From: an uncultured cyanobacterium
GTDB lineage: Bacteria; Cyanobacteriota; Cyanobacteriia; PCC-6307; Cyanobiaceae
Reading direction: 5' to 3'
DNA: 64,000 nucleotides
Assembly: GCA_963765575.1 (NCBI GenBank)
Contig: CAVXWZ010000008.1
Coordinates: 224,001-288,000 of the forward strand
Translations under genes and position numbers: made by a program
Notes under the pieces: model-generated
Seen by the model: the letters and a program-made list of their open reading frames with translations, nothing else
Databases searched by the model: none
What the model was told of the DNA's origin: nothing
Shown: one piece after another, positions 50,413 to 61,713 of the stretch
Numbering within the stretch: position 1 is the first letter of the stretch
Layout: each line of letters starts with the position of its first letter

Positions 50413-51737
50413 GCCGGCACCGCCTCGAGCACGCAGGCCCGTTGTGGATCCAGCAGGGGCAGCACGTCCCGCACCAGGGCGGCTGGATCCCAGCGTTCCA
50501 GTTCCAGCAGCGGGCCGTCCAGGGCCGCGGGGTGGTTCCAGAGATGGGTGTTGCCGAGCACGCCGGCCACGCCGGCGGACGACTCCAGGCCGAAGCGATA
50601 GCCGTTGGCCACCATCCGCTGGCAACGCCGCCACTCCGGCGCCGCGATCTCCCCTGCCGCCAGCTCGCGGAAGACGGCCTCGATCTCGCGCCGGATCACG
50701 GGCAGGTCTGCGGCCGTGCCGATGGCCTCCAGCAGGGCGAAGCTGCCGCACTCGAGCACGTGCAGATCCAGGTCCAGGCTCTCGACAATCCGCAGCTGCT
50801 CGCGCAGCCGCTCCACCAGCCGGCTACGCCGACCCTCGGCCAGCAGGCTGGTGAGCAGGTCGGCCCCCATCACGCCATGGAGGTCGGCCGCCGGCGGCAG
50901 GGACCAGAGCATCAGCAGCCGCGCCGACTCGAGTCTCGGAACCTGCAGGCGGTGCTCACCGGGCCGCAGAGCCAGGACCGGCAGTGGCGGCTCTGATTGG
51001 GCTGCGCCCAGGCGGGCCAGCGCACTGGCGGCCAGGCGCTCCTGCAGGGCGAGCGTGGAGCTGGCCTGAGGATCAAGGCAGCCACTGAGCACCAGCAGGC
51101 AGCGGTTGGCGCTGTAGTGACGGCGGTGGAAGGCCGCCATCGATTCGGGACTCTGGGCCAACAGCTGCTGGCGATGGCCCAGGATCGGTTCGCCGTAGGG
51201 GTGGCCACTGCAGCCGTGGCCCAGCAGCCGCTGCATGGCCACCTCCTCCGGCTGGTCCTCGCTCTGGGCCAGCTCCTCGAGCACCACCTGGCGCTCCAGC
51301 TCGAAGGCCTGGGCATCGAGGCGTGGTTCGAGCACCAGGTCCAGCAGCAGATCGAGGGCCTCGGCCGCCTGCTCGGGGGGAATCAGCAGGTGGTAGTGCA
51401 CATCGTCAAAGCCGGTGGCGGCATTGCTGCTGCCCCCGAGGGCCTCGATGCGCCGGTCGAATTCGCCTGGCTCCAGGTGGGCGCTGCCCTTGAACACCAT
51501 GTGCTCCAGGAAATGGGCCAGGCCGCTCTGGCCAGGACCCTCGAACACGCTGCCGGCGCGGCACCAGAAATCGAGGCACACCAGCGGCGCGTCCGGCAAA
51601 TGCAGGCTCACCACCCGGGCGTCGTTGGCCAGGTGCTGCACCCGCGGCGGGCTCAGGCCCGGCAGGGACAGCGGCCCCGGGGCCTGGGGCCCTGGGGCCG
51701 GAGCTGGGGACAGAGCGGAACCTTGGGCCAGGGGCAA
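50409..51737 (-). CDS. M16 family zinc peptidase
   Basis: [26 protein letters not shown]. Confidence 0.92.
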   Translation of the reverse strand: MPLAQGSALSPAPAPGPQAPGPLSLPGLSPPRVQHLANDARVVSLHLPDAPLVCLDFWCRAGSVFEGPGQSGLAHFLEHMVFKGSAHLEPGEFDRRIEALGGSSNAATGFDDVHYHLLIPPEQAAEALDLLLDLVLEPRLDAQAFELERQVVLEELAQSEDQPEEVAMQRLLGHGCSGHPYGEPILGHRQQLLAQSPESMAAFHRRHYSANRCLLVLSGCLDPQASSTLALQERLAASALARLGAAQSEPPLPVLALRPGEHRLQVPRLESARLLMLWSLPPAADLHGVMGADLLTSLLAEGRRSRLVERLREQLRIVESLDLDLHVLECGSFALLEAIGTAADLPVIRREIEAVFRELAAGEIAAPEWRRCQRMVANGYRFGLESSAGVAGVLGNTHLWNHPAALDGPLLELERWDPAALVRDVLPLLDPQRACVLEAVPA

Positions 51738-51785
51738 CGGGGCGCACGTGGCAGGATCCGCATTCTGCTGGCTGGTGCCACCACT

Positions 51786-52538
51786 GTGAGTTCATCCGCA
51801 CCTCCGCATTCGGCGCCCCAGGGGCTGCCCCTCCATCCCCTGGTCGAAGACCTCGCCGCCAGCATCCGCACCTGCTGGGCCGACCTGCCGGACCTGGCCC
51901 CCCTGGCAGTGGATCCGGAGCTGGAGGCGATCAGCGGCAGCCTGGATGGGGAGGCCCTGTTCATCCGCAATGAGCTGCACAGCAGCCGGGGACTGCGCAA
52001 GCTGCATCTGGAAACGGCCCGCCTGGGGCTCGGTCTGCAGATCCTGCATTGCGTGTGGTTTCCCGACCCCCGCTTCGATCTGCCGGTGTTCGGGGCCGAC
52101 ATCGTCGCCAGTCCGGCCGGGGTGTCGGCCGCGATCATGGATCTCTCTCCCGTGCGGCAGGACCTGCCCGAGGGGATCCGCTCGGCCCTCGACGCCCGCC
52201 CGCAGCGCCACTACAGCCAGCCCCGGGAGCTGCCGCCCTGGGGCTCGATCTTTTCCTCCCACGTGCGCTTCGTGCGGCCGGCCGACGCCGAAGAGGAACA
52301 GACCTTTGTGGAGGAGGTGGCCGAGGCCCTGGGCATCCTGGCGGAGGCCTGCCGCCACACCCCCGCTCAGGCCGCCGATGACCCGGCTACGGTGAATCGG
52401 TGGCAGGGTCAGCTCAGCTATTGCCGGCAACAGAAACAAAACGACAAGACCCGCCGCGTTCTGGAGAAGGCGTTCAACCCGGCCTGGGCCGAGCGCTACA
52501 TCGAAGACTTGCTCTTCGACGATCCCCCGAAGCCCTGA
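51786..52538 (+). CDS. pcyA: phycocyanobilin:ferredoxin oxidoreductase
   Basis: [36 protein letters not shown]. Confidence 0.95.
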   Translation: MSSSAPPHSAPQGLPLHPLVEDLAASIRTCWADLPDLAPLAVDPELEAISGSLDGEALFIRNELHSSRGLRKLHLETARLGLGLQILHCVWFPDPRFDLPVFGADIVASPAGVSAAIMDLSPVRQDLPEGIRSALDARPQRHYSQPRELPPWGSIFSSHVRFVRPADAEEEQTFVEEVAEALGILAEACRHTPAQAADDPATVNRWQGQLSYCRQQKQNDKTRRVLEKAFNPAWAERYIEDLLFDDPPKP

Positions 52539-53455
52539 AGCGTTGGCGCCGCCCCGCCCTGGTGGCTGTCGGGGCCCTGCTGGCGGCCGGCCTGCTCGGG
52601 GTGGGCCTCACCCGCCTGCTGCAGCGCCAGGCCACCCCCGCTGCCGCCGATGGGGGCGCCACGGACCAGGCCGCTGCCCTTCCCGAAGCGGTGGCGGCCC
52701 TGGGACGGCTCGACCCCAGCGGCGAGATCCACCAGCTGGCGGCACCGATCAGCGGCATCGGCGGCAGTCCTCGCATCACCCGCCTGCTGGTGGAGGAAGG
52801 GTCACAGGTTGCGGCCGGCCAGCTGCTGGCTGAATTCGACACCGGGCCAGGGCTGCGGGCCCAGGGCGCCGTGCTTGACAGCCGCATCGCCACCCTGCGC
52901 TCCCGGCAGACGGTGCAGCGCCGGGACATCGAGCGCTACCGCGAACTGGCGCGCCAGGGAGCCATCGCCGGCAGCAACCTGGACGTCCGCGAGAATGAGC
53001 TCCTGGGTCTCAGTGGTCAGCTGCAGGAGGCCCTGGCGGAGCGCGAACGCATCGACGCCGAGCTGGTGCTCACCGAACTGCGGGCTCCGATCGCGGGCAC
53101 CGTGCTGCGCCTCCACGCCCGGGAGGGCGAACGGCCCGGCGAGCAGGGGGTACTGGAGCTGGGTGCGAGCGAACGCATGGAAGCGCTGATCGAGGTTTAC
53201 GAGAGCGACATCGACCGGGTGCGCCTCGCTCAGCCAGTGCAGATCAGCAGCGAGGCCGGCGGCTTCAGCGGCAGCCTGCGGGGCCGGGTGCTGCGCATCA
53301 GCCCCCAGGTGCGCCAGCGCGAGGTGCTCTCCAGCGATCCCACCCAGGATGCCGACGCCCGCATCGTCGAGGTGCGGGTTGGGCTGGATCCCGACGATGC
53401 CCGGCGCGTGCGCGATCTCACCGGTCTGCGGGTGATCGCCCGGCTGGAGAGCTGA
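52535..53455 (+). CDS. devB: HlyD/DevB family membrane fusion protein
   Basis: [33 protein letters not shown]; start uncertain. Confidence 0.85.
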   Translation: MKRWRRPALVAVGALLAAGLLGVGLTRLLQRQATPAAADGGATDQAAALPEAVAALGRLDPSGEIHQLAAPISGIGGSPRITRLLVEEGSQVAAGQLLAEFDTGPGLRAQGAVLDSRIATLRSRQTVQRRDIERYRELARQGAIAGSNLDVRENELLGLSGQLQEALAERERIDAELVLTELRAPIAGTVLRLHAREGERPGEQGVLELGASERMEALIEVYESDIDRVRLAQPVQISSEAGGFSGSLRGRVLRISPQVRQREVLSSDPTQDADARIVEVRVGLDPDDARRVRDLTGLRVIARLES

Positions 53456-54628
53456 TGGCCTGGCGGCTCTGGCAGGGCCGGCGCATCCCGCTGGCCTGGC
53501 TGATGCTCACCCGTCAGCCGGTGCGCCTGGCGGTGGCCCTGGCCGGGATCGCCTTCGCCGGCATCCTGATGTTCATGCAGCTCGGTTTCCGCGACGGGCT
53601 GTTTGAGGCCAGTGTCACCCTGCACCGCCAGTTCGACACCGATCTGGTGCTGATGAGCCCGCGCACGGTCAGTTCGGTGAGCCATGGCCTCCTTCCCGCG
53701 TCGGCGCCTGGTGCAGACGATGGCCGATCCCGCCGTGCAGGGCATCACGCCGGTGAACTGGAACCTGCTGCTCTGGCGCAACCCGGAGAACCGCTCGACC
53801 CGCTCGATCCTCACCGTCGCCTTCGAGCCCACCGATCCCCTGTTCCTCGACCCGGCCATGGCCGGCCAGGCCCAGGCCCTCAGTCAGCAGGGCCGGGTGT
53901 TATTCGATGAGCGCTCCCGACCTGAATTCGGTCCGATCGCCGAACGCTTCCGCGCCGGTGAGGTGGTCGAAACCGAAGTCGCCGGCGTGCGCGTTCGGGT
54001 GGCCGGCCTGCTCGACATCGGTCCCTCCTTCGGCGCCGACGGCAACCTGATCACGAGCCGGGACACCTACCTGGAACTGGCCCCCAGCAGCCCCCCCGGC
54101 AGCATCGAGCTGGGGCTGATCCGGCTGCGCCCGGAGGCCGATGCCGAGGCCACCGCCGAACGGCTGCGACGCTTCCTGCCCCCCGATGTGACGGTGTTCA
54201 CGAAGGCGGGTTTCGAGGAGTTCGAGATGACCTACTGGCGCACCAGCACCGCGATCGGCTTCATCTTCACCCTGGGCGCGGCCATGGGCTTCGTGGTTGG
54301 CTGCGTGATCGTGTATCAGATCCTGAGCTCCGATGTCAGCGATCACCTGCCCGAGTACGCCACTTTGATGGCGATGGGCTATCCGTTGCCCGGGTTGCTG
54401 CGGGTGGTGGGCCGGGAAGGACTGCTGCTGGCGCTGCTGGGCTACCTGCCGGCCTACGCCGCCGGAATCGCCCTGTACGCCCTGGTGCGCAGCGGCACGC
54501 GCCTGCCCGTGTACATGAACACGACCCGCGCCCTGGTCGTGTTCGGCATGATCCTGGCGATGTGCCTGGCTTCGGCGGCCCTGGCCATGCGCCGGCTGGC
54601 CGATGCCGATCCCGCCGAGATTTTCTGA
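53455..54628 (+). CDS. devC: ABC exporter permease DevC (1-nt frameshift at about 53683)
   Basis: IPLAWLML, LMFMQLGF, then MASFPRRRL...HLPEYATLMAMGY...ADPAEIF. Confidence 0.88.
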
Positions 54629-55317
54629 TGGGTGTTCACGTCGAGGGCCTTTGCCACAGCTTCGGCAAAGGGGCCATGGCCCGCCAGGTGCTGCAGGACG
54701 TGAGCCTGAAGATCGCCCCCGGTGAGGTGGTGCTGCTCACCGGTCCCTCGGGTTGCGGCAAAACCACCCTGCTCACCCTGGTGGGGGCCCTGCGCCAGGT
54801 GCAGCAGGGGTCGGTGCGGGTGCTGGGTGAGGATCTGGCGAGTGCCGGTCGCAGCAGCCGCCAGCGCCTGCGCCGCCGCATCGGCATGATTTTCCAGGGT
54901 CACAACCTGTTGCGCTGCCTGAGCGCCGAACAGAATGTGCAGATGGGCGCCGACCTGCTCCCAGGCCTCAGCTACCGCGCCCGCCGCGACCGCTCGCGGG
55001 AGTGGCTGCGGGCCGTGGGTCTGGGGGATCAACTGGCCAAGCTCCCCCACGGCCTCTCCGGCGGCCAGAAGCAGCGGGTGGCCATCGCCCGCGCCCTGGC
55101 CGCTGAGCCCCAGCTGATGCTGGCCGATGAACCCACCGCCGCCCTCGATTCCCAGAGTGGCCGCGAGGTGGTGGAGCTGCTGCGACGGCTGGCGCGGGAG
55201 CAGGGCTGCGCCGTGCTGATGGTGACCCACGATCCGCGCATCCTTGATGTGGGCGACCGTCTGGTGCGCATGGAGGATGGTCGTCTGCTCAGCTCTGCGC
55301 TCGAAGCCGTTGGCTAA
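54628..55317 (+). CDS. devA: ABC exporter ATP-binding protein DevA
   Basis: GPSGCGKTT, LSGGQKQR, LADEPT, VTHD. Confidence 0.9.
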   Translation: MGVHVEGLCHSFGKGAMARQVLQDVSLKIAPGEVVLLTGPSGCGKTTLLTLVGALRQVQQGSVRVLGEDLASAGRSSRQRLRRRIGMIFQGHNLLRCLSAEQNVQMGADLLPGLSYRARRDRSREWLRAVGLGDQLAKLPHGLSGGQKQRVAIARALAAEPQLMLADEPTAALDSQSGREVVELLRRLAREQGCAVLMVTHDPRILDVGDRLVRMEDGRLLSSALEAVG

Positions 55318-55351
55318 GATGAAGCTTGGCAAACCCTGAGGACAAGCCCAT

Positions 55352-55507
55352 ATGGCCAAACGCCGGAACCTGAAAAAGGAAAAACATGAGCGCAATCGCG
55401 CCTACGCCCGCAAGTTCAAGAAGCGCAAGCTGCGCAATGACGGTCGCGGCGAAGGTGTCGGTAACGGCGTGACCGGTACGGCCAACAACGGTGGCGCTGC
55501 CGATTGA
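55352..55507 (+). CDS. 51-aa highly basic small protein
   Basis: MAKRRNLKKEKHERNRAYARKFKKRKLRNDGRGEGVGNGVTGTANNGGAAD; GAGGA upstream, terminator downstream; not in ORF track. Confidence 0.85.
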   Translation: MAKRRNLKKEKHERNRAYARKFKKRKLRNDGRGEGVGNGVTGTANNGGAAD

Positions 55508-55533
55508 GTCGCGCCCGTTCAACCTCCGGCGCT

Positions 55534-55558
55534 GGGGATCCCGCGGGATCCCCTTTTT
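55534..55558 (+). terminator. intrinsic terminator
   Basis: GGGGATCCC-GC-GGGATCCCC followed by TTTTT. Confidence 0.85.
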
Positions 55559-55642
55559 GCTGGCGCAACAGCTGGTGCTGGCGCCCCGGGCTGGACGTCC
55601 GGGCTTGACCACCTCTCCACCCTCCGCTCCTGAACCCGGCGC

Positions 55643-56563
55643 ATGTTCCTGAGCGTCGTCATCCCCACCTACAACCGTCTGCCGATCCTGCGCCAGTGCC
55701 TGGCGGCCCTGGAAGCCCAGCAGCTGGCCCAGCCCCTGAGTGATTACGAGGTGGTGCTGGTGGACGACGGCTCCAGCGATGACACCGTGGGCTGGATCGA
55801 GGCCCACCGGCACGCCCTGCCCCACCTGCGCCTGGTCGAGCAGGAGCATGGCGGGCCCGCCCTGGGCCGCAACCGCGGCGTCGCCGCCGCCCGCGGTGAT
55901 GGGGTGGTGTTCATCGACAGCGATCTGGTGGTGCGCCCCGACTTCCTGGTGCAGCACGCCCGCGCCCTGGCGGCCGACTGGGCCCGGCGGGGCGACCGGC
56001 TGAGCTTCACCTACGGCGCCGTGATCAACACCGCCAACTTCGAGGACCCCACGGCCGAGCGCCACAAGCTGCGCGATCTCTCCTGGGCATACTTCGCCAC
56101 CGGCAATGTGGCCATCGAGCGAGAGTTGCTGGAGCGGGCCGGGTTGTTTGACCCCGCCTTCCGCCTCTACGGCTGGGAGGACCTGGAGCTGGGCGAACGC
56201 TTGCGGCGGCTGGGGGTGCGGCTGGTGCCCTGCCCCGCAGCGGTGGGGTATCACTGGCACCCGGCCCTCGATCTGGCCCAGATCCCCCAGCTGATCGAGG
56301 TGGAGCGCGAGCGCGCACGCATGGCGCTGGTGTTCTTCCGCAAGCACCCCACCCGCCGGGTGCGCTTCATCGTTCAGTACACCTGGCTGCATCGGCTGCT
56401 CTGGGAGCTGGCCACCGCCGGCGGACTGATCAACGAACGCACGCTGCTGCCGCTATTGCGCCGTCTGATCCGCCGCGGTCAACCCGGCCTGGCCATGGAG
56501 CTGCTGCGCCTGCCCCTCAATCGCATCGGCGTCCGCGCCCTGTTCCGGGAAGCCCGCCGCTGA
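55643..56563 (+). CDS. family 2 glycosyltransferase
   Basis: SVVIPTYNR, VDDGSSD, FIDSD, YGWEDLELG. Confidence 0.93.
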   Translation: MFLSVVIPTYNRLPILRQCLAALEAQQLAQPLSDYEVVLVDDGSSDDTVGWIEAHRHALPHLRLVEQEHGGPALGRNRGVAAARGDGVVFIDSDLVVRPDFLVQHARALAADWARRGDRLSFTYGAVINTANFEDPTAERHKLRDLSWAYFATGNVAIERELLERAGLFDPAFRLYGWEDLELGERLRRLGVRLVPCPAAVGYHWHPALDLAQIPQLIEVERERARMALVFFRKHPTRRVRFIVQYTWLHRLLWELATAGGLINERTLLPLLRRLIRRGQPGLAMELLRLPLNRIGVRALFREARR

Positions 56564-56610
56564 TCGGCCCAGGGAACTCACTTTGATAAGGTACCTGGGT
56601 TCTCTCAAAC

Positions 56611-56696
56611 CGCACACCTGCGCGTTTCGGGTGATCGCTGCGCTGCCACCTGTGGCACGTTTTTCGATCCCTGGCAGGTGGAGGCCAACCCGAAAC
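56611..56696 (+). promoter_or_regulatory. rpsB (S2) leader RNA with pseudoknot
   Basis: CACCTGC 56615-21 pairs GCAGGTG 56674-80; GTTTCGGGT 56624-32 pairs ACCCGAAAC 56688-96. Confidence 0.75.
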
Positions 56697-56706
56697 TCTT
56701 AAAACC

Positions 56707-57414
56707 ATGGCTGTTGTCACCCTTTCCGAGATGATGGAGGCGGGTGCCCACTTCGGGCACCAAACGCGCCGCTGGAACCCAAAGATGTCGCGCTACATCT
56801 ATTGCGCGCGCAACGGTGTTCACATCATTGATCTTGTGCAGACCGCTGTCTGCATGAACAACGCCTACAAGTGGGTGCGCAGTGCTGCCCGCAGCGGCAA
56901 GCGTTTCCTGTTCGTGGGCACCAAGAAGCAGGCCTCCGAAGTGATCGCCCTGGAGGCCATCCGCTGCGGTGCCTCCTATGTGAACCAGCGCTGGCTGGGC
57001 GGCATGCTCACCAACTGGACCACCATGCGCGCCCGCATCGAGCGCCTCAAGGATCTTGAGCGCATGGAGAGCTCCGGGGCGATTGCCATGCGTCCCAAGA
57101 AGGAAGCGGCCGTGTTGCGCCGCGAGCTGGAGCGCCTGCAGAAGTATCTGGGTGGGCTCAAGAACATGCGCCGCCTGCCGGATGTGGTGGTGCTGGTGGA
57201 CCAGCGCCGCGAATCCAACGCCGTGCTCGAGGCCCGAAAACTCGACATTCCGCTGGTGTCGATGCTGGATACCAACTGCGACCCGGATCTCTGCGAAGTG
57301 CCGATTCCCTGCAACGACGACGCCGTGCGTTCCGTGCAGCTGGTGCTCAGCCGCCTCGCCGATGCCATCAATGAGGGCCGGCACGGCTCAGCTGACGAGG
57401 CCGAGGCAGCCTGA
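56707..57414 (+). CDS. rpsB: 30S ribosomal protein S2
   Basis: [34 protein letters not shown]. Confidence 0.99.
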   Translation: MAVVTLSEMMEAGAHFGHQTRRWNPKMSRYIYCARNGVHIIDLVQTAVCMNNAYKWVRSAARSGKRFLFVGTKKQASEVIALEAIRCGASYVNQRWLGGMLTNWTTMRARIERLKDLERMESSGAIAMRPKKEAAVLRRELERLQKYLGGLKNMRRLPDVVVLVDQRRESNAVLEARKLDIPLVSMLDTNCDPDLCEVPIPCNDDAVRSVQLVLSRLADAINEGRHGSADEAEAA

Positions 57415-57480
57415 CGGACGTCGCGATTTCGATCCTTTCTCCCACCCTCCAGATTCCTCACCCTCCCCATTCCTCACCCC

Positions 57481-58140
57481 ATGGTTGAGATTTCGGCAAA
57501 GCTCGTCAAGACCCTGCGCGACCAGACCGGCGCCGGGATGATGGACTGCAAGAAGGCGCTCTCCGAGACCAACGGCGACACCGAGAAGGCCATCGAGTGG
57601 CTGCGCCAGAAGGGCATCGCCAGTGCCGACAAGAAGGCCGGTCGCACCGCTGCTGAAGGCGCCATCGGCTCCTACATCCACACCGGTGCCCGCATCGGTG
57701 TGCTCGTGGAGGTGAACTGCGAAACCGACTTCGTGGCCCGCGGCGACATCTTCCAGGAGCTGATCCGCAACGTGGCCATGCAGATCGCCGCCTGCCCCTC
57801 CGTTGACTACGTGCGCGTCGAGGACATCCCCGCCGAGGTATCGACGCGCGAACAGCAGATCGAGATGGGCCGCGATGACCTCGCCGGTAAGAAGGAGGAG
57901 ATGAAGGAGCGCATCGTCAGTGGCCGCATCGGCAAGCGCCTCAAGGAAATGGCCCTGATGGATCAGCCCTACATCAAGGACAGCGCCATGACCGTCACCG
58001 AGATGGTCAAGCAGGTGGCCGGCAAGGTGGGGGAGAACATCCAGGTGCGTCGCTTCGTGCGCTTCAACCTCGGTGAGGGGATCGAGGTGGACTCCACCGA
58101 CTTCGCCGCCGAAGTGGCCGCCATGGGCGGGGCTGTCTGA
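57481..58140 (+). CDS. tsf: elongation factor Ts
   Basis: [26 protein letters not shown]. Confidence 0.98.
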   Translation: MVEISAKLVKTLRDQTGAGMMDCKKALSETNGDTEKAIEWLRQKGIASADKKAGRTAAEGAIGSYIHTGARIGVLVEVNCETDFVARGDIFQELIRNVAMQIAACPSVDYVRVEDIPAEVSTREQQIEMGRDDLAGKKEEMKERIVSGRIGKRLKEMALMDQPYIKDSAMTVTEMVKQVAGKVGENIQVRRFVRFNLGEGIEVDSTDFAAEVAAMGGAV

Positions 58141-58211
58141 GCTGCAGCGCCATCACCACCCCGGATTTCCCCGAACCTGAGGCCTCCGCCCCGCTGGCGG
58201 GCCTGCAGGAG

Positions 58212-59186
58212 GTGCGCCGACAGCTCGATTGTGGCAGTGATCAGCTGCGCCAGAGCAATCCCGAGCTCTACCGCGACCTGGCCCTCTACCTGCAGGTGCT
58301 GCGTGAGCTCTTGCCCGATGCGGTGGAGCTGGCCTGCTTCCATCTGGCCACCCGCGTTCATCCCCAGCGCTACTGCGAGCTGCCAGCCGATCTGCGTCGC
58401 CGTCTGCACCGACGCAGCGCCGCGCTGGTCCGCCAGGCGTCCAGCCTGCTGACGGTGGAGCAACTCAGCCAGCTGGCCGGGCGACTCGCGGCCAGCAACC
58501 AGCAGGTCCGGCGCGATCAGCCCGATCTGCCGTCCCTGCCGGTCCATGACGAACCACCCATGGGTCCGGAGCCGGAGGGCTCGGTGCGGCTGGGGCTGGA
58601 CCTGCCCGTGGAGGTCTCCTGGGCTGGGCTGCCATCCTTCTGGCCCGGAGGAGCAACCCCCGACAGCGCTGAATCGGACCCGGTCGAGTTCCAGGACGAG
58701 CCGTCGCCACAGCAGGCTCCCCCCCCATGGGACTCCCCCCTGCTGCCGGTGGAGCCGCTGGCCTTGCTGAGCTGGCTGGACGGAGCCGAGCAGGCCCTGA
58801 TTCGCCGCCTGCGCAACCTCTCCCATGCCCTCAATGTGGAGCTGCTGCGCTCGGGCCTCAACCGCACGCTGCTGCCCGTGACGCTGCTGGAGGCGTCCCT
58901 CCGTGGCCAGGTCGAACCCCTGCCGGCGCCGGCCAATCTGCTGCGGGTGCAGCTGCCGGTGATGGACCCCAGTGGCAACCCGATCGAGACGTGTGCCGTG
59001 CTGATGCGCCCCGCCGATCTGGAGTTGGAGCACCCCCGGCTGCGCAGTTGTCGCGCCCGCCTGCACCGGCATCGCCACGAGGTACGCAGAATGGCCGATC
59101 AGCATCGCCGTCTGCAGCGGCGGCTCCAGGCGCTTGAGGCGGAACGGCTGTGGCACCAGGACAACCCCAGGTACCCCCAGCCCTAG
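58212..59186 (+). CDS. hypothetical protein
   Basis: 324 aa between tsf and recG; C-terminal coiled-coil-like segment. Confidence 0.75.
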   Translation: MRRQLDCGSDQLRQSNPELYRDLALYLQVLRELLPDAVELACFHLATRVHPQRYCELPADLRRRLHRRSAALVRQASSLLTVEQLSQLAGRLAASNQQVRRDQPDLPSLPVHDEPPMGPEPEGSVRLGLDLPVEVSWAGLPSFWPGGATPDSAESDPVEFQDEPSPQQAPPPWDSPLLPVEPLALLSWLDGAEQALIRRLRNLSHALNVELLRSGLNRTLLPVTLLEASLRGQVEPLPAPANLLRVQLPVMDPSGNPIETCAVLMRPADLELEHPRLRSCRARLHRHRHEVRRMADQHRRLQRRLQALEAERLWHQDNPRYPQP

Positions 59187-61693
59187 ACCCGGCCGCCGCC
59201 GAAGCCTGGTTCAGCACCCTGCAGCAGGCCCTGCAGCTGGAGGCCGAGCGGGGATTCGGCGATCTGATCGGTCGCCGCGAACGCTTCAGCGCCTTCCTGG
59301 CCCGCAGCCTTCAGAACCCTCCGCCAGGCGTCAGGGTCGACCCCCCCGAGCTGGCCCTGGCCGGCGACTTCGGCCGCTACGAGCAGCTCAGCATCAGCCA
59401 GCGGCAGGGGCTGGTGCGCCGCTGCCGCCAGCAGCTGCACAGCTGGCGGCAGCGGTGCAGACCCCCCAGCCCGCCGGCGCCGCCGCGGCTGCGCCTGGCG
59501 GCGGACCCGGACGCCACTGGTGCCGGCTCGCCCGTGCCCCAGGGCGCCCCGGCCGGGGGCCTGAAGCCGGAAACTCCCCTGGCGGAGATCCGCGGTGTGG
59601 GCCCCCGCACCGCCAGCCGCCTGGCCCAACTGGGACTGTTTGTGGTGCGCGACCTGGTCCACTACTACCCGCGCGACTATCTCGACTACGCCAACCTGGT
59701 GCGCATCAGCGGCCTGGAGCCTGGCAGCACGGCCACGATCGTGGCCACGGTGCGCCGCTGCCGGGGCTTCATCAGTCCGCGTAATCCCCAGCTGGCGATC
59801 CTGGAGCTGCAGCTCGCCGATCCCACCGGCAACCTGCGAGTCAGCCGTTTTTTCGCCGGCCGCCGATTCGCCTCCCCCGGCTGGCTGAAGTCGCAGGAGC
59901 GCCAGTTCCCCAGTGGTGCCACCGTGGCGGTGAGCGGGCTGGTGAAGGAGGGCCCCTACGCCCCCCAGTTTCAGGATCCGCTGATGGAGGTGCTCGCCAG
60001 CCCCCAGGCCCCCGTGCGTTCGCCCCAGATCGGCCGCCTGATCCCGGTCTACGGACTCACGGAGGGTCTGGGGGCCGAGCGGATGCGGCAGGCGATCCAG
60101 GCCCTGCTGCCCCTGGTGCGGCGCTGGCCGGAACCGCTGCCGCAATCCCTGCTGCGGCAGGAGCAGCTGATGGGGCGGGCCCTGGCACTGGAGCAGATCC
60201 ATGCCCCCAGCGACCGCGACCAGCTGCAGGCCAGCCGCCGCCGCCTGGTGTTCGATGAGTTTCTGTTGATGCAGCTGGGGCTGCTGCAGCGGCGGCGGCA
60301 ACTCACCCAGCGCCCAGCGCCGCCACTCACGCTTGCCGCCGCCCCCCCCGACGGGGGCCTGGTCGGGGGGGGCGGCCTGATGGAGCGGTTTCTGCAGCTG
60401 CTGCCCTTCCCGTTCACGGCGGCCCAGGCCCGCGTGCTGGCGGAGATCCGGGCCGACCTGGCCCAGGAGCAACCCATGGCCCGTCTGCTGCAGGGCGATG
60501 TGGGCAGCGGCAAAACCGTGGTGGCGATCGCCGCCCTGCTCAGCGCCATCGATGCCGGCTGCCAGGGGGCCTTGATGGCCCCCACCGAGGTGTTGGCCGA
60601 GCAGCACCAGGCCCGCCTGGCCGCCTGGCTGCCCCAGCTGCACGTGCGCTGCGCCCTGCTCACCGGCTCCACGCCGACCCGGCGGCGGCGGCAATTGCTG
60701 GACGACCTGGTCAACGGTCAGCTGCAGCTGCTGGTGGGCACCCACGCCCTGCTGGAGGATCCGGTGCAGTTCGCCCGCCTGGGGCTGGTGGTGGTGGATG
60801 AGCAGCACCGCTTCGGGGTGCGCCAGCGCGACCGCCTGCTCAACAAGGGGCTGCAGCCCCACCTGCTGACGATGACGGCCACCCCCATCCCGCGCACGCT
60901 GGCGCTCTCCGTGCACGGCGATCTGGAGGTGAGCCAGATCGATGAACTGCCCCCCGGCCGTACGCCCATCCGCACCCGCCTGCTGCGGGCCTCCGAGCGT
61001 TCCGAGGCCTACGACCTGATTCGCGCCCAGGTGGCCCAGGGACAACGGGCCTATGTGGTGCTGCCCCTGGTGGAGGAGTCGGAGAAGAGCGATCTGCGCT
61101 CGGCGGTGGAGGTGCACCGCCAGCTGGCTGGCGAGGTGTTCCCAGACCTGGCGGTGGGCCTGCTGCACGGACGCATGGCCAGCGCCGACAAGCAGGCGGC
61201 CATCGGCGCCTTTGCCCGCGGACACACCCCCGTGCTGGTGAGCACCACGGTGGTGGAGGTGGGGGTGGATGTGCCCGAGGCCAGTGTGATGGTGATCGAG
61301 CACGCTGAGCGTTTTGGGCTGGCCCAGCTGCACCAGCTGCGCGGGCGTGTAGGGCGCGGTGCCGCCGCCTCCCACTGTCTGCTGATCCACGATGGCCGCA
61401 ATGCCGGGGCCCGCCAGCGTCTGGAGGTGCTGGTTCGCTCCAACGACGGCTTCGAGATCGCCGAGATGGACCTGCGCCTGCGGGGACCCGGCCAGGTGCT
61501 CGGGACTCGCCAGAGCGGCCTTCCCGACCTGGCCCTGGCCAGCCTTGCCGATGACGGCGAGGTGTTGGAGCGGGCACGCGAGGTGGCCCGGGGGATCCTG
61601 GAGCAGGATCCGCAGCTGAGCGGCCATCCCCACCTGGCCCACCTGCTGGCCCGGCAGCGCCGCCGCCTCAGCGAGCCCGCCCCCCTGAACTGA
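59150..61693 (+). CDS. recG: ATP-dependent DNA helicase RecG
   Basis: QGDVGSGKT, DEQHRFG, MTATPIPR, QLHQLRGRVGRG. Confidence 0.97.
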   Translation: MAPGQPQVPPALDPAAAEAWFSTLQQALQLEAERGFGDLIGRRERFSAFLARSLQNPPPGVRVDPPELALAGDFGRYEQLSISQRQGLVRRCRQQLHSWRQRCRPPSPPAPPRLRLAADPDATGAGSPVPQGAPAGGLKPETPLAEIRGVGPRTASRLAQLGLFVVRDLVHYYPRDYLDYANLVRISGLEPGSTATIVATVRRCRGFISPRNPQLAILELQLADPTGNLRVSRFFAGRRFASPGWLKSQERQFPSGATVAVSGLVKEGPYAPQFQDPLMEVLASPQAPVRSPQIGRLIPVYGLTEGLGAERMRQAIQALLPLVRRWPEPLPQSLLRQEQLMGRALALEQIHAPSDRDQLQASRRRLVFDEFLLMQLGLLQRRRQLTQRPAPPLTLAAAPPDGGLVGGGGLMERFLQLLPFPFTAAQARVLAEIRADLAQEQPMARLLQGDVGSGKTVVAIAALLSAIDAGCQGALMAPTEVLAEQHQARLAAWLPQLHVRCALLTGSTPTRRRRQLLDDLVNGQLQLLVGTHALLEDPVQFARLGLVVVDEQHRFGVRQRDRLLNKGLQPHLLTMTATPIPRTLALSVHGDLEVSQIDELPPGRTPIRTRLLRASERSEAYDLIRAQVAQGQRAYVVLPLVEESEKSDLRSAVEVHRQLAGEVFPDLAVGLLHGRMASADKQAAIGAFARGHTPVLVSTTVVEVGVDVPEASVMVIEHAERFGLAQLHQLRGRVGRGAAASHCLLIHDGRNAGARQRLEVLVRSNDGFEIAEMDLRLRGPGQVLGTRQSGLPDLALASLADDGEVLERAREVARGILEQDPQLSGHPHLAHLLARQRRRLSEPAPLN

Positions 61694-61713
61694 GCCATGC
61701 AACGGCTTGAGCG

